DNA from: Bacteroidota bacterium
GTDB lineage: Bacteria; Bacteroidota; Bacteroidia; NS11-12g; UBA955
Direction of reading: 5' to 3'
Assembly (NCBI GenBank): GCA_030833525.1
Contig: JAURGZ010000001.1
Location: forward strand, 538 to 64,537
Length of the DNA stretch: 64,000 bases
The first letter of the stretch is position 1, and every line of letters begins with the position of its first letter. Of the stretch, positions 9,694-20,492 are shown piece by piece. Position numbers and translations under genes: made by a program. A model generated the notes under the pieces. The model worked only from the letters and a program-made list of their open reading frames with translations. It did not search any database and was not told where the DNA came from.

Positions 9694-12141
9694 TTATTCG
9701 TGCCCTTCTTTGTCTTTGCAGCATGCCTTGGGAGCTTCCTCTTTTTTCTTGCAGCAATCTTTTTCGTCTTTTTTACAGTCTTGGCCGCTCTTGCAGTCCT
9801 TAGCCGGTTGACAAGCTGCGGTGCAAGGCATCAAGGCTCCGGTAGAATCAAAGTGGCTCATGCAAGCGGCCATCTCTTCTTCAGAGCAACCTTTGGCTTC
9901 ACACTTGGCTTTGCACTGATCAGCGGTCATGCCTTCTTCGATGCACTCGTGTGCGGCACACATGCCTTTGCTGTCACATTGTTCGGTTTTGGCTTCGCAG
10001 CCATCCATGTCTTGGCATTCGCCAGCAGAAGCACCCGAGATGTAGGGAGCGATGATCAAGGAAACAATGGAAGTCAATTTGATCAAAATGTTCATGGAAG
10101 GACCACTGGTGTCTTTGAAAGGATCACCAACCGTATCACCGGTTACAGAGGCCTTGTGAGGCTCTGACTTCTTGTAGTATGTCTCGCCGTCGATGACTAC
10201 CCCTTTTTCAAAAGATTTCTTGGCGTTGTCCCAAGCACCGCCGGCATTGTTTTGGAAAATACCCATCAATACGCCGCTTACGGTAATGCCGGCCAACATG
10301 CCACCCAATACCTCGGGTCCAAACAAGAAACCAACCAATACGGGAGACAACAAGGCAATGGCGCCAGGAGCCAACATTTCGCGAATAGAAGCTTTGGTCG
10401 AAATTTCTACACACTTCTCATATTCGGGTTCTGCTTTGTATTCCATGATGCCGGGAATCTCTTTGAATTGACGGCGAACTTCTTTGACCATGTCCATAGC
10501 GGCACGGCCTACGGCTGAAATAGCCAAAGCTGAGAAGATGAACGGTATCATGGCTCCGATGAACAAGCCAGATAATACGTCGGCTTTGTAAATGTCAATG
10601 CTGTCAATGCCCGCTACACCTACGAAGGCGGCAAACAAGGCCAATGAGGTCAAGGCCGCTGAAGCGATGGCAAAACCTTTACCAGTAGCAGCAGTAGTGT
10701 TGCCTACGGCATCCAAAATGTCGGTACGACCGCGAACCTCTTCGGGCAATTCGCTCATTTCAGCAATACCGCCGGCATTGTCAGCGATAGGGCCGAAGGC
10801 GTCAATAGCCAACTGCATGGCTGTAGTGGCCATCATGCCCGCAGCCGCAATGGCTACACCGTACAAACCGGCGAAGGCAAATGAACCGTAAATACCCGCA
10901 GCCAAAACCAAAATGGGGATCACGGTTGATTCCATACCAATGGCCAATCCGCCGATGATGTTAGTAGCGTGACCGGTAGCCGATTGTTGAATGATGCTGT
11001 TGACAGGGCGCTTACCCATAGCGGTATAGTATTCGGTAACAATGCTCATCAAAGCACCCACTACCAAACCGACCATAATGGCTCCAAAAACTTGGCCTGA
11101 AGTGAAGATCACTCCGCGCAGTTCCATTTCAGCGGGCAACATCCAATCTACGATGAAGTAACAGGCTATGCCGGTGAAAATGATGGAAGACCAGTTGCCC
11201 ATGTTCAAGGCGTTTTGAACATTGCCATCTTCGCCTTTGATGCGCACAAACCAGGTGCCCATGATGGAGAAAACAATGCCCAAACCGGCGATCAACATGG
11301 GGAGCAAAATGGGGGACAAGCCACCGAAATTGTCTACCACAATGATTTCGCGACCCAAAACCATGGTAGCCAAAATGGTAGCCACGTATGAGCCAAACAA
11401 ATCGGCACCCATACCCGCAACGTCACCTACGTTATCACCCACGTTATCGGCGATGGTTGCAGGGTTGCGTGGATCGTCTTCGGGAATGCCGGCTTCTACT
11501 TTTCCTACCAAGTCAGCTCCCACGTCAGCAGCTTTTGTATAAATACCGCCACCCACGCGAGCGAACAACGCAATGGATTCAGCACCCAACGAGAAACCCG
11601 TCAATACTTCGATCGTACGTTCCATGCCTTCGGTGCCCATGCCTTCTCCAAACATTTTGTAGAAAATGATGAACAAACCGCCCAAACCCAATACGGCCAA
11701 ACCGGCAACACCCAGACCCATAACGGTTCCTCCATTGAAGGAAACACGCAATGCATTGGGCAAGCTCGTTTTAGCAGCTTGAGTGGTACGAACGTTCGCT
11801 TTGGTTGCGATGTTCATGCCAAAATAGCCAGCGGTGGCAGAGAAAAATGCACCGATCAAGAAGGCTACGGCAATCAGCCAATGCGAATGAATGGCACGAC
11901 CGTTAACTTCGGTGATGGTACCGCTGTAAGCCAACAAAACGGCGGCTACAATGGCGAAATAGCTTAACACTTTCCACTCGGCGCGCAAGAAAGCCATGGC
12001 GCCTTTGGCAATTTTGGAGGCCAGGTTTTGCATTTTTTCATCACCGGCGTCTTGCTTGCCTACCCATGCGCTTTTCAGGGCCATCACGACGAGGCCTAAT
12101 ACACCCAGGGCGGGAATCAAATAAAGAATCGAACTGTTCAT
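9694..12141 (-). CDS. hppA: Membrane-bound K+-dependent Na+/H+-translocating pyrophosphatase with Cys-rich C-terminal tail
   Basis: Motifs [40 protein letters not shown] and [21 protein letters not shown] (Ala at the determinant position) indicates the K+-dependent type. Confidence 0.95.
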   Translation of the reverse strand: MNSSILYLIPALGVLGLVVMALKSAWVGKQDAGDEKMQNLASKIAKGAMAFLRAEWKVLSYFAIVAAVLLAYSGTITEVNGRAIHSHWLIAVAFLIGAFFSATAGYFGMNIATKANVRTTQAAKTSLPNALRVSFNGGTVMGLGVAGLAVLGLGGLFIIFYKMFGEGMGTEGMERTIEVLTGFSLGAESIALFARVGGGIYTKAADVGADLVGKVEAGIPEDDPRNPATIADNVGDNVGDVAGMGADLFGSYVATILATMVLGREIIVVDNFGGLSPILLPMLIAGLGIVFSIMGTWFVRIKGEDGNVQNALNMGNWSSIIFTGIACYFIVDWMLPAEMELRGVIFTSGQVFGAIMVGLVVGALMSIVTEYYTAMGKRPVNSIIQQSATGHATNIIGGLAIGMESTVIPILVLAAGIYGSFAFAGLYGVAIAAAGMMATTAMQLAIDAFGPIADNAGGIAEMSELPEEVRGRTDILDAVGNTTAATGKGFAIASAALTSLALFAAFVGVAGIDSIDIYKADVLSGLFIGAMIPFIFSALAISAVGRAAMDMVKEVRRQFKEIPGIMEYKAEPEYEKCVEISTKASIREMLAPGAIALLSPVLVGFLFGPEVLGGMLAGITVSGVLMGIFQNNAGGAWDNAKKSFEKGVVIDGETYYKKSEPHKASVTGDTVGDPFKDTSGPSMNILIKLTSIVSLIIAPYISGASAGECQDMDGCEAKTEQCDSKGMCAAHECIEEGMTADQCKAKCEAKGCSEEEMAACMSHFDSTGALMPCTAACQPAKDCKSGQDCKKDEKDCCKKKEEAPKACCKDKEGHE

Positions 12142-12238
12142 AAATCTTGGCTATATACTATAGTAAGGGGCGCGAAATTAACCCTTTGCAGTGAAAACGT
12201 AAAAGGTTTCCACCAATCAGCCGCTAAACTTTTTAGTC

Positions 12239-14275
12239 TTAAGGCGTTTGAATGATCAAAGGTTGGCTGAATCTCACAGAGCTGAGTTCAAGCGAAAGGG
12301 AATAAATTCCGGGGGAAACAGCCCATTTCAATTGAGCTTGGCCTGCCGCGGAATTGACCTTGCCTTGGTGCAGCATTCGACCACTTGCATCGAGCAGTTC
12401 CCAATTCCATGGCCCATCGATGGGTAATCCCGCGATTTGAATCTCGCCCTGACTAGGCTGGGGGTATATGGAGAGGCTGGGGGAGGCCCACTCTTCACCA
12501 GAGGCCATGCGGGTGCTTCCAAACTGGGCAGCACTGGTTTGCCAATAGGTTCCTGAACCGGTTTCTATGAGCTCCACGCTTCGCACGGCGTACAGGGTTC
12601 CTGCATCGATGAGCATTCGGTCTTCAAAAACCAACTCGGTCAAGGGTTCGCGATTCAATTGGTACCAGATGCGATTGACGGTATCAACTCGGTAAACGTT
12701 GTAGCCGGCTACGGTTTCGCTGCAAGCGTCCCAGCGCAGCCAATTGGAGCCCAATTGGCGTTGAACCCTCAGGGCCCCAGGTCGGGGACTTGGACTCATT
12801 TCCAGGGTTGGGTCGCCCATAAGGGCGATGAAAACGCCTTTCCAAGAGCCGTTGAACGAGCCGTTGAAGTAATCATTGACATTGTTTTGAGTGATGCGAG
12901 CTCCGTAGCCCATGTGCATACCCATGCCCATGTGGTGTACATACCATTTGGGAATGCCGCCCCAAAAACAGCTCAAACTGCCGGCAGCCAAGGCTGAACG
13001 CATCAGGTTGTTTTTGATGTCCCAATCGCCAAAATAACTGCCTGCAAGCATGGTGAAAGCATTGAAGAAACTGTCTTTTTGTGCCGCAAATTGAGCCGAA
13101 GTTCCCACTCCGTTGCAGCTGGTGTAGCTGCCGGCTCCGCAGCCATAGCTCCACAAATAGGACCGATTTTTTTGACTACTGAGGTAGTCAGCGGCATCGT
13201 TGGTGCTAGACAGGGGCAACAAAGCAGCAAAATTGTGGTAGCCGCTAGAGGCTAAATTCAAGCCTGTAAAGTTGTTGTCGATCAGCGCGATCTTCTCAAA
13301 TTGAGAGCGCTTCAGGCCGTAATGCCAATCCATGCTGCGTCGCAAATATTGGCGAGTCAAGGCGGTGTCGTCCTTGTTAAAGGCATCCATTTGGTAGAAA
13401 TCGGCTCGGCCCATGTCCAATTCTACTTGGTTGGCTATGACACTTTGGTCGAATTTGCCATCACCCGGGACATTGTGATGCCGCGTTTGATTGCCGGTGG
13501 TGCAACTCACGGTTTCGTCTGTGTAATTGCCTTTCAAGTCGCCGTAATAAGCATCGGCAGGCCATGCACCGGTATGGTTTCCAACCCCTTCTACGTGTCC
13601 ATCTGGCGGCGGACGATCGCCCGAATTGGAAAAGTAGCCACTGTAGGGCACGGGAACATGGCCTATGATGTACAAAGCGCTGGGCTGGAATTTGCTTTGA
13701 TTGCAAAAGGCGAGAATTCGGGTTTTTACAGCCGCGGCGCTTTCGCCTCTGCCGGCGTACAGGCAGTCAGAAAACCAACCTCGTGCCAAGAGGTTCTCAC
13801 GCAGTTCTTGTATGTCCTGAGATAAGGCACCTATATAAGCACTGTCGATGAGCAATAACATGTGGCCTCGCTGCGCTCGGCCAAAAAACCATGAACTATC
13901 AGGTGCTACCCGAAAAGCCTCATTGCCCGCATAGGTAAATCCAAAGGCTTCGAACCCGCCGCTGGTATTCACTTTGGCCACCAAGTATTCCATGGCTTGA
14001 CCGGGAAGCAAGTCGGGATCGGTCCATGAAGTGTCGCCAGAAGTCCCGGAAATGTTGATCAAGGGACTGCCCCAATCGCCGTTGGTATGAATCAAGTTGC
14101 GTTTGTAGATGCGAAAGGTGCCGCTGTAGGTCTCGGGTTTCCATTCCAAGCGCAAACCATTTTCGCCCAATGCCTCTGCATGGAAACGATGAACCTGAGT
14201 TTTGGCGACTTGGGCTAGGAGAGAAGAGCCTGCCAAAAGTGCCAGCAACGAGCAAATTCGTGGGTTAATATTCAT
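12239..14275 (-). CDS. T9SS type A cargo protein with peptidase C25 (gingipain)-like central domain and Fn3-like domains
   Basis: Signal peptide, LYIIGHVPVP, AD.YYGDL, ELDMGR and LMGDPTL. C-terminal SIYPQP..LLDASGR..GIY is a type A CTD. Confidence 0.7.
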   Translation of the reverse strand: MNINPRICSLLALLAGSSLLAQVAKTQVHRFHAEALGENGLRLEWKPETYSGTFRIYKRNLIHTNGDWGSPLINISGTSGDTSWTDPDLLPGQAMEYLVAKVNTSGGFEAFGFTYAGNEAFRVAPDSSWFFGRAQRGHMLLLIDSAYIGALSQDIQELRENLLARGWFSDCLYAGRGESAAAVKTRILAFCNQSKFQPSALYIIGHVPVPYSGYFSNSGDRPPPDGHVEGVGNHTGAWPADAYYGDLKGNYTDETVSCTTGNQTRHHNVPGDGKFDQSVIANQVELDMGRADFYQMDAFNKDDTALTRQYLRRSMDWHYGLKRSQFEKIALIDNNFTGLNLASSGYHNFAALLPLSSTNDAADYLSSQKNRSYLWSYGCGAGSYTSCNGVGTSAQFAAQKDSFFNAFTMLAGSYFGDWDIKNNLMRSALAAGSLSCFWGGIPKWYVHHMGMGMHMGYGARITQNNVNDYFNGSFNGSWKGVFIALMGDPTLEMSPSPRPGALRVQRQLGSNWLRWDACSETVAGYNVYRVDTVNRIWYQLNREPLTELVFEDRMLIDAGTLYAVRSVELIETGSGTYWQTSAAQFGSTRMASGEEWASPSLSIYPQPSQGEIQIAGLPIDGPWNWELLDASGRMLHQGKVNSAAGQAQLKWAVSPGIYSLSLELSSVRFSQPLIIQTP

Positions 14276-14321
14276 GGCACAGCAATTATACAAATTGCCT
14301 GAGACAAACAGGGAAAAGCCT

Positions 14322-14329
14322 TAAATTTG
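14322..14329 (+). promoter_or_regulatory. -7 promoter motif (TAAATTTG) for the nuoI-N operon
   Basis: Matches TAnnTTTG in the divergent intergenic region upstream of nuoI. Confidence 0.55.
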
Positions 14330-14390
14330 CGCCGCGCGGGTGTGTGCTGCGAGCACAAGAAAAACCCAGCATAAAGGCCAACAGAATTCA

Positions 14391-14936
14391 ATGGAGAAAC
14401 TGAGCAATCGATCTAAGTTGGTGGTCAACAAAGAGATGAGCTTTTCAGAGCGCATCTATTTGCCAGCCATCCTCAAAGGAATGGCGATTACCTTGAAGCA
14501 TTTTTTCAAGCCCGCCGCCACGGTGAAATATCCTGAGCAAACGCGCCCTATGTCTTCCATATACCGAGGACAACACGTGTTGAAGCGCGATGAATCGGGT
14601 CGTGAGCGTTGCACCGCCTGCGGTTTGTGTGCAGTGGCTTGTCCTGCAGAAGCCATCACCATGGTGGCCTCTGAGCGCGAAAAAGGCGAGGAACATTTGT
14701 ACCGGGAAGAGAAATATGCATCGACTTATGAAATCAACATGCTTCGTTGCATTTTTTGCGGTCTATGCGAAGAAGCTTGCCCCAAGCAAGCCATTTTCTT
14801 GACCGATCGCATTGTCGATGCTGATTTTGGTCGTGGCGAATTCATATACGGCAAAGACCGATTGGTAGAGCCCGTAGACGAGCGAGTGGATGTCTCAAAG
14901 CGCCAAGTTTGGTCCTATAACAACGAAAACGCATGA
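14391..14936 (+). CDS. nuoI: NADH-quinone oxidoreductase subunit I
   Basis: Two 4Fe-4S motifs, CTACGLCAVACP and CIFCGLCEEACP. Confidence 0.95.
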   Translation: MEKLSNRSKLVVNKEMSFSERIYLPAILKGMAITLKHFFKPAATVKYPEQTRPMSSIYRGQHVLKRDESGRERCTACGLCAVACPAEAITMVASEREKGEEHLYREEKYASTYEINMLRCIFCGLCEEACPKQAIFLTDRIVDADFGRGEFIYGKDRLVEPVDERVDVSKRQVWSYNNENA

Positions 14937-15478
14937 GTTCTTTGCCCATTCCTTTTTTGGTCTTGTCTTTTTTGACCATTCTCTGCGCCTTGTATGTGGT
15001 TTCGAGTAAGAACCCCGTGCACAGCGTGTTGGCCTTAATCGTGGCTTTCTTTAGCATTTCAGCGCATTATGTGTTGTTGAATGCTCAGTTCTTGGCCATT
15101 GTCAACCTCATGGTCTACGCCGGCGCCATCATGGTGCTCTTCTTGTTCGTGCTCATGCTCCTGAATTTGGGTAAAGCCGCTGAGCCCATCAAGTCCAATG
15201 CCTGGGCCATTTCGGCCGCCATCTCTGCCGGAAGCATTTTGTTGATTTTAACCGCAGCCTTTCAGCGCAGCGGTGAACAAGTGTATCGCAACCCCTCAGA
15301 CTCGGTGGGTTTGGTGAAAAATTTGGGTAAGGTCTTATTCGGGGAGTATTTGATACCCTTTGAATTGTCTGGGGCTTTGTTCATAGGCGCCATGGTAGGG
15401 GCTGTTCTGCTCGGCAAGCGCGATTCGGGTGATCACGAATCGGCGGCCTTGGCTGAAGAGAAAGGAGAAAACGCATGA
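14933..15478 (+). CDS. nuoJ: NADH-quinone oxidoreductase subunit J
   Basis: KNPVHSVL, VYAGAIMVLFLFV and YLIPFE. ATGA overlap with nuoI. Confidence 0.95.
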   Translation: MSSLPIPFLVLSFLTILCALYVVSSKNPVHSVLALIVAFFSISAHYVLLNAQFLAIVNLMVYAGAIMVLFLFVLMLLNLGKAAEPIKSNAWAISAAISAGSILLILTAAFQRSGEQVYRNPSDSVGLVKNLGKVLFGEYLIPFELSGALFIGAMVGAVLLGKRDSGDHESAALAEEKGENA

Positions 15479-15795
15479 ATACTGTTTTTCAACAGGTTGA
15501 TATAAGCCATTACATTTACCTCAGCACGGTGCTTTTCTGCATTGGATTGTTCGGGGTTTTGTTTCGGCGCAATGCCATCGTGCTTTTGATGTGCATCGAA
15601 CTGATGCTCAATTCGGTGAATTTGTTGTTGACCGCATTTTCGACCTACATGGGCGATTCGAGTGGTCAACTTTTTGTGTTCTTTATCATGGTAGTAGCCG
15701 CAGCTGAAGCCGCTGTGGGTCTGGCCATTTTGGTGATGATTTACCGAAATACGCGCAGTACGACTGTCAACTTCTTAAGCAATTTGAAAGGCTAA
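15475..15795 (+). CDS. nuoK: NADH-quinone oxidoreductase subunit K
   Basis: RRNAI..ELMLN..VAAAEAAVGLAI. Confidence 0.95.
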   Translation: MNTVFQQVDISHYIYLSTVLFCIGLFGVLFRRNAIVLLMCIELMLNSVNLLLTAFSTYMGDSSGQLFVFFIMVVAAAEAAVGLAILVMIYRNTRSTTVNFLSNLKG

Positions 15796-15797
15796 TC

Positions 15798-17681
15798 ATG
15801 GGATTGTATGCATTGATATTGTGGCCCTTGTTGGGTTTTGCCATCAACGGTTTGTTGGGTTCTAAGTTGCCCAAAACAGTGGTGGGAATGATCGGTACAG
15901 CGGCTGTACTCATTCCTTTTGTGAGTGCGGTTTCCATGTGGGGAGCCGTTCAAGAAGGTGCTTTAGTTAGCCGGGCCTTTACATTTTTACAAGTGGGCGA
16001 TTTGCACATAGAGTTCAAACTGCTGCTCGATCGCTTGAGCCTGGTGATGGCCTTGGTGATTACCGGTATTGGCACCTTGATTCACCTGTATTCCATGGCT
16101 TACATGGCTGAAGATGCCGGTTTTTATAAGTTTTTCGCTTACCTAAACCTGTTTGTATTCAACATGTTGATTTTGGTTCTGGGAGCCAATTTCATGATGC
16201 TTTTCTTCGGCTGGGAAGGGGTAGGACTTTGCTCTTACTTGCTCATTGGCTTTTGGTACCACAACCCCGAATTTGGTTATGCAGCTCGCAAAGCCTTTGT
16301 GATGAACCGCATAGGTGACTTGGGCTTGTTGTTGGGACTGTTTTTGGTGATCCAACATTTTGGTAGTCTGGACTATCAAGTGGTATTCAGCGAGGTAGCC
16401 AAGGTGTCGCATCCTCAGTGGGTGTACACGAGCATCGCTGTTTTGTTGTTTATAGGTGCCATGGGTAAGAGTGCTCAAATTCCTTTGTACACTTGGTTGC
16501 CCGATGCCATGGCGGGTCCAACCCCTGTGTCAGCCCTGATTCACGCCGCTACCATGGTAACAGCCGGTGTCTATTTGGTGGTTCGCAGCGAGGCTTTATA
16601 CGCATTGGCGCCAGTGGCCCGCGATTTGATATTGTACATAGGCTTGGCAACAAGCTTGATGGCGGCCTTCATCGGTTTGAAACAAAACGACATCAAAAAG
16701 GTGCTGGCCTATTCAACGGTTTCTCAGCTGGGTTTGATGTTCATCGCTTTGGGTTGCGGGGCTTATTCAGCCGCCATGTTCCATTTGGTGACCCACGCCT
16801 TCTTCAAAGCCCTGTTGTTTTTGGGCTCGGGTTCGGTCATTCACGGCATGCACCACGAACAAGACATTCGCCGCATGGGCGGTTTGCGCAAGGCCATGCC
16901 CTTGACCTATTGGACCTTCTTAATCGGTACGCTGGCCATCAGCGGTTTCCCCTTCTTGTCAGGATTCTTTTCCAAAGACGAAATTTTGCTTCACACCTTC
17001 CAACACAGCCCAGTGGTTTATGCCTTGGCCGTGTTTTCGGCTGGTTTGACTGGAATTTACATGTTCCGCATGTTTTTCTTGACGTTCCACGGTACGTATC
17101 GCAATTCGCATTATCCCTTTGAAAAAGTGCACGAAAGCCCAGCCTTGATGACCATTCCTTTGGCCATTTTGGCGGTTTTGAGTGTATTGGGAGGTTTGTT
17201 GAATTTGCCTCATTACTTAACCCATAACATGGCTGAGGGCTTGGCTCATTGGTTGGCCCCCTTGTTTGTTTTCGGTGACGCTAGCGTTCATGTGGAGGCT
17301 TCCACTGAATGGGCATTGCTGGGCGTTGCCGTCTCTGTTTTTGCCATTGCCTTCTTTTGGATGCGCCATAAATACATCAGCCAGGGAGCTGTAGCCGAAG
17401 AAGATGCAGATATGCCTGCTTCTGGGTCTGTGCTGGCTCACAAGTTTTACGTAGACGAGTTGTACGATAGTTTGTTTGCTCGCCCTTTGCAGCGTCTAGG
17501 CGAGTGGATGTACCGAGTCTTGGATCGCAAGGGCTTTGTTCAAGGAACCGATGCCTTGGGAGCCATTACCCTCTGGAAAGCTAGAGTGGCAGCCCGTCTT
17601 CAATCGGGTAACATAGAATTGTATTTGATTATCATGGTGCTGGCAGCGGCGCTGATGTTGGGCCTGGAAATGTTTGCATAA
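15798..17681 (+). CDS. nuoL: NADH-quinone oxidoreductase subunit L
   Basis: GWEGVGLCSYLLIGFW, GKSAQIPLYTWLPDAMAGPTPVSALIHAATMV and HAFFKALLF. Confidence 0.95.
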   Translation: MGLYALILWPLLGFAINGLLGSKLPKTVVGMIGTAAVLIPFVSAVSMWGAVQEGALVSRAFTFLQVGDLHIEFKLLLDRLSLVMALVITGIGTLIHLYSMAYMAEDAGFYKFFAYLNLFVFNMLILVLGANFMMLFFGWEGVGLCSYLLIGFWYHNPEFGYAARKAFVMNRIGDLGLLLGLFLVIQHFGSLDYQVVFSEVAKVSHPQWVYTSIAVLLFIGAMGKSAQIPLYTWLPDAMAGPTPVSALIHAATMVTAGVYLVVRSEALYALAPVARDLILYIGLATSLMAAFIGLKQNDIKKVLAYSTVSQLGLMFIALGCGAYSAAMFHLVTHAFFKALLFLGSGSVIHGMHHEQDIRRMGGLRKAMPLTYWTFLIGTLAISGFPFLSGFFSKDEILLHTFQHSPVVYALAVFSAGLTGIYMFRMFFLTFHGTYRNSHYPFEKVHESPALMTIPLAILAVLSVLGGLLNLPHYLTHNMAEGLAHWLAPLFVFGDASVHVEASTEWALLGVAVSVFAIAFFWMRHKYISQGAVAEEDADMPASGSVLAHKFYVDELYDSLFARPLQRLGEWMYRVLDRKGFVQGTDALGAITLWKARVAARLQSGNIELYLIIMVLAAALMLGLEMFA

Positions 17682-19137
17682 TATGGTATTGATTCTTCTG
17701 TCGCTCGCGACCGCTTTGTTGAGCTATTTGTTGGGTGCTCGATTGAACCGAATGACGGCCTTTGCTTTGGCCTTGTTGCCCGGTTTAGGAGCCTTGATTC
17801 TTGGAGTGGGTACCGTCGATCTCCCATGGTTCTCAGAGCACATTCGTTTGACATTGGCGCCCAACCACTGGGGACTGGTTATGTTGGTTCTCACCAACGC
17901 CATGGTGCCCTTGATTGTCTTAGCCGGTTGGAGAGACGGTGTTCATTTCTCTTTGCAAGTAGCTTTGACCTTTTTCATGCAGGCAGCCTTGAACGGTGTG
18001 TTCATGGCCCAAGATGGATTGGCCTTTTACATTTTCTGGGAATTGGCATTGATACCCATTTATTTCTTGGCCTTGCGCTTCAGTGAAGGCGATCGTTTTG
18101 CTGTTACCCTGAAGTTCTTCTTGTATACCTTCTTAGGTTCTTTGGCCATGTTGGCTTCTTTGTTCTATCTCTATAGCCAAACCGCTGTGGGAGATGACGG
18201 CCATCACAGTTTTGCTTATGCTGCCTTGCAAGCCGTTGAATTGAGCAGCACCGAGGGCTTTTGGGTAGGGCTGGGCTTGTTCTTGGCTTTCGCTGTCAAA
18301 ATTCCCCTCATGCCTTTCCACGCTTGGCAGTCTGATACCTATACCCAAGCTCCAGCTGGAGGTACCATGTTGCTTTCAGGCATCATGTTGAAAATGGGCT
18401 TGTATGGTTTGTTTGTGTGGTTCGTCGCCCTAGCACCAGAATCTTTGCGCTATGAATTCATTGCCGATTGGTTGAATTTCCGCGATCTGATTCTCATCAT
18501 GGGTCTGGCCGGCATTTTGTATGGAGCTTTTATTGCCATGCGTCAAAACGATGCCAAGCGCTTGATCGCTTTTTCTTCTTTGTCGCACGTAGGCTTGATC
18601 GCCATGGCGCTGTTGACCTTGAAAAGCGATGGCACGAATGGAGCTGTTTTGCAGATGCTGGTGCACGGCATCAACGCCATAGGTTTGTTCATGGTCGTGG
18701 ATATTGTGGAGCGTCGTCTGGGCCATCGCGATTTGACCCAAATGGGCGGATTCGCGAAATCATCTCCCTTGTTCGCAGCTCTTACCTTGATCGTGGTATT
18801 GGGTACGGTGGCCGTTCCCTTGACCAATGGTTTTCCTGGAGAATTTCTCATGCTGAAAGCGGTATACAATTCAGGAACCGGTGCCTGTGGCATTTTAGCC
18901 GCATTGACCATTGTTTTCTGTGCCGTTTACATGCTGCGATTCTTCCAGCTTTCGTTCATGGGTCCTGAAAAGCAAGTTTTAAGCCCTCTCAGCTGGAACG
19001 AAAAATGGGCATTGATGCTGATTGCAGGAATGGTTTTGTACTTAGGAGTTCAACCTCAAGTTGTTGTGGATTTTATACAGTCGAATACCGAACAATGGCT
19101 CAATGCCATTGCTGAAAGTGGAGGGATGTTGTCATGA
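17674..19137 (+). CDS. nuoM: NADH-quinone oxidoreductase subunit M
   Basis: FYIFWELALIP, AVKIP..PFHAW and LKMGLYG, in operon position. Start could be 17683. Confidence 0.93.
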   Translation: MHNMVLILLSLATALLSYLLGARLNRMTAFALALLPGLGALILGVGTVDLPWFSEHIRLTLAPNHWGLVMLVLTNAMVPLIVLAGWRDGVHFSLQVALTFFMQAALNGVFMAQDGLAFYIFWELALIPIYFLALRFSEGDRFAVTLKFFLYTFLGSLAMLASLFYLYSQTAVGDDGHHSFAYAALQAVELSSTEGFWVGLGLFLAFAVKIPLMPFHAWQSDTYTQAPAGGTMLLSGIMLKMGLYGLFVWFVALAPESLRYEFIADWLNFRDLILIMGLAGILYGAFIAMRQNDAKRLIAFSSLSHVGLIAMALLTLKSDGTNGAVLQMLVHGINAIGLFMVVDIVERRLGHRDLTQMGGFAKSSPLFAALTLIVVLGTVAVPLTNGFPGEFLMLKAVYNSGTGACGILAALTIVFCAVYMLRFFQLSFMGPEKQVLSPLSWNEKWALMLIAGMVLYLGVQPQVVVDFIQSNTEQWLNAIAESGGMLS

Positions 19138-20492
19138 GCGCGCTTCTGATTGTTTTTCTTGGCGCTATAGCCTTGTTGTTTGCGGGCATCAATCGCCCTG
19201 AAAAGGCCTTGAAATGGCCAGCAGTGGGCATTCTCTTGTTGGCGGCCGCCACGGCTTTTGCCAACTGGGATTGGGTATCTTGGCTTGAATTGCCTGATAC
19301 AATGATGGCCTATTCCAGCATGGATCAGATGTATGTCGCCTTGATTTGCTTAGTGGCCGCATTGGCCATAGCCGTATTTGAAGGTTTGGAAAGCCTAGGC
19401 AGCGATCGCTTGGGCTTGATGATGCTCAGCCTCAGCGGCGGCATCATGATCATTGGTCAAGAAAACTTGGTTATGTTGTTCTTGGGCATAGAGGTACTTT
19501 CCATACCCTTGTATGTATTGGCTGGCTCAGACAAGCGCAATTTGTTCGGCAACGAAGCCGCTATCAAGTATTTCTTGATGGGCGCCTTCTCTACGGCTAT
19601 TTTGTTACTTGGTTCTGCTTTTTTGTATGGTTCAACGGGAACTCTGGTGTTGAGCACCATGACCAACAAGGCAAGCATGTATGCCCATTTCGGAGTTTAC
19701 CCTCCCATGTTGACGGCTGGTTTGATCCTATTGGGGATTGGTTTGCTCTTCAAAATATCGGCTGTGCCTTTCCATTTTTGGGCTCCTGATGTCTATGAAG
19801 GCAGCCCCGCTCGAAGCACGGCCTTCATGGCAACTGTGGTCAAAATTGCGGGTTTTTCAGCGTTGGCAAGAGTGGCCTTGGCTTTTGAACCTATGGTGCT
19901 TTGGTTCCAGAGTTCAGTCGCCATCATAGCCGTATTGAGCATTTTGCTGGGCAATTTGTTGGCACTGGTTCAGTCTTCACCCAAGCGAATGTTGGCCTAT
20001 TCCAGTATCGCTCATGCGGGTTATATGATGCTAGCGCTTACTTTGGTTGGTCAGGCAGCTTTTTCGGTAGAATCCATCTTGTTCTTGTATTTGGCTTCTT
20101 ACAGCTTGGCTAGCATTGCCGCCTTTGCTTGGGTGGAATGGGCTAGTGAACGCAGTGGCAAGGTAGACTTTAGCATGTTCCAGGGCCTTGGCCAAAATCC
20201 TTGGGTATCGGTGAATTTGGTATTGGTGTTTTTGTCGCTGGCAGGAATTCCCCTCACAGCGGGTTTCGCGGGTAAATACTATCTGTTTTCAGCAGCATTT
20301 GAGATCGCTCCTTGGGCGGTGGGATTGGCCCTGTTGGGTTCGTTCTTGAGCATTGCCTATTACTTCCGTGCCTTTCAGCAGGCTTGGTCCCAGCAAGAAA
20401 ATCAAGAGTCCATATCCATACCGGTGGGATTCGCCGTCATCTCAGCCTTGATTCTACTGGTAGGCTGCGCCCCCATGTGGTTCTTGCCCTAA
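19134..20492 (+). CDS. nuoN: NADH-quinone oxidoreductase subunit N
   Basis: EAAIKYFLMG, FKISAVPFHFWAPDVYEG and KRMLAYSSIAHAGY. Confidence 0.95.
   Translation: MSALLIVFLGAIALLFAGINRPEKALKWPAVGILLLAAATAFANWDWVSWLELPDTMMAYSSMDQMYVALICLVAALAIAVFEGLESLGSDRLGLMMLSLSGGIMIIGQENLVMLFLGIEVLSIPLYVLAGSDKRNLFGNEAAIKYFLMGAFSTAILLLGSAFLYGSTGTLVLSTMTNKASMYAHFGVYPPMLTAGLILLGIGLLFKISAVPFHFWAPDVYEGSPARSTAFMATVVKIAGFSALARVALAFEPMVLWFQSSVAIIAVLSILLGNLLALVQSSPKRMLAYSSIAHAGYMMLALTLVGQAAFSVESILFLYLASYSLASIAAFAWVEWASERSGKVDFSMFQGLGQNPWVSVNLVLVFLSLAGIPLTAGFAGKYYLFSAAFEIAPWAVGLALLGSFLSIAYYFRAFQQAWSQQENQESISIPVGFAVISALILLVGCAPMWFLP

Noticed and set aside
9611-9811. 66-aa + strand ORF after DUF2200
   Set aside because: It runs through a terminator and overlaps the hppA 3' end in antisense.
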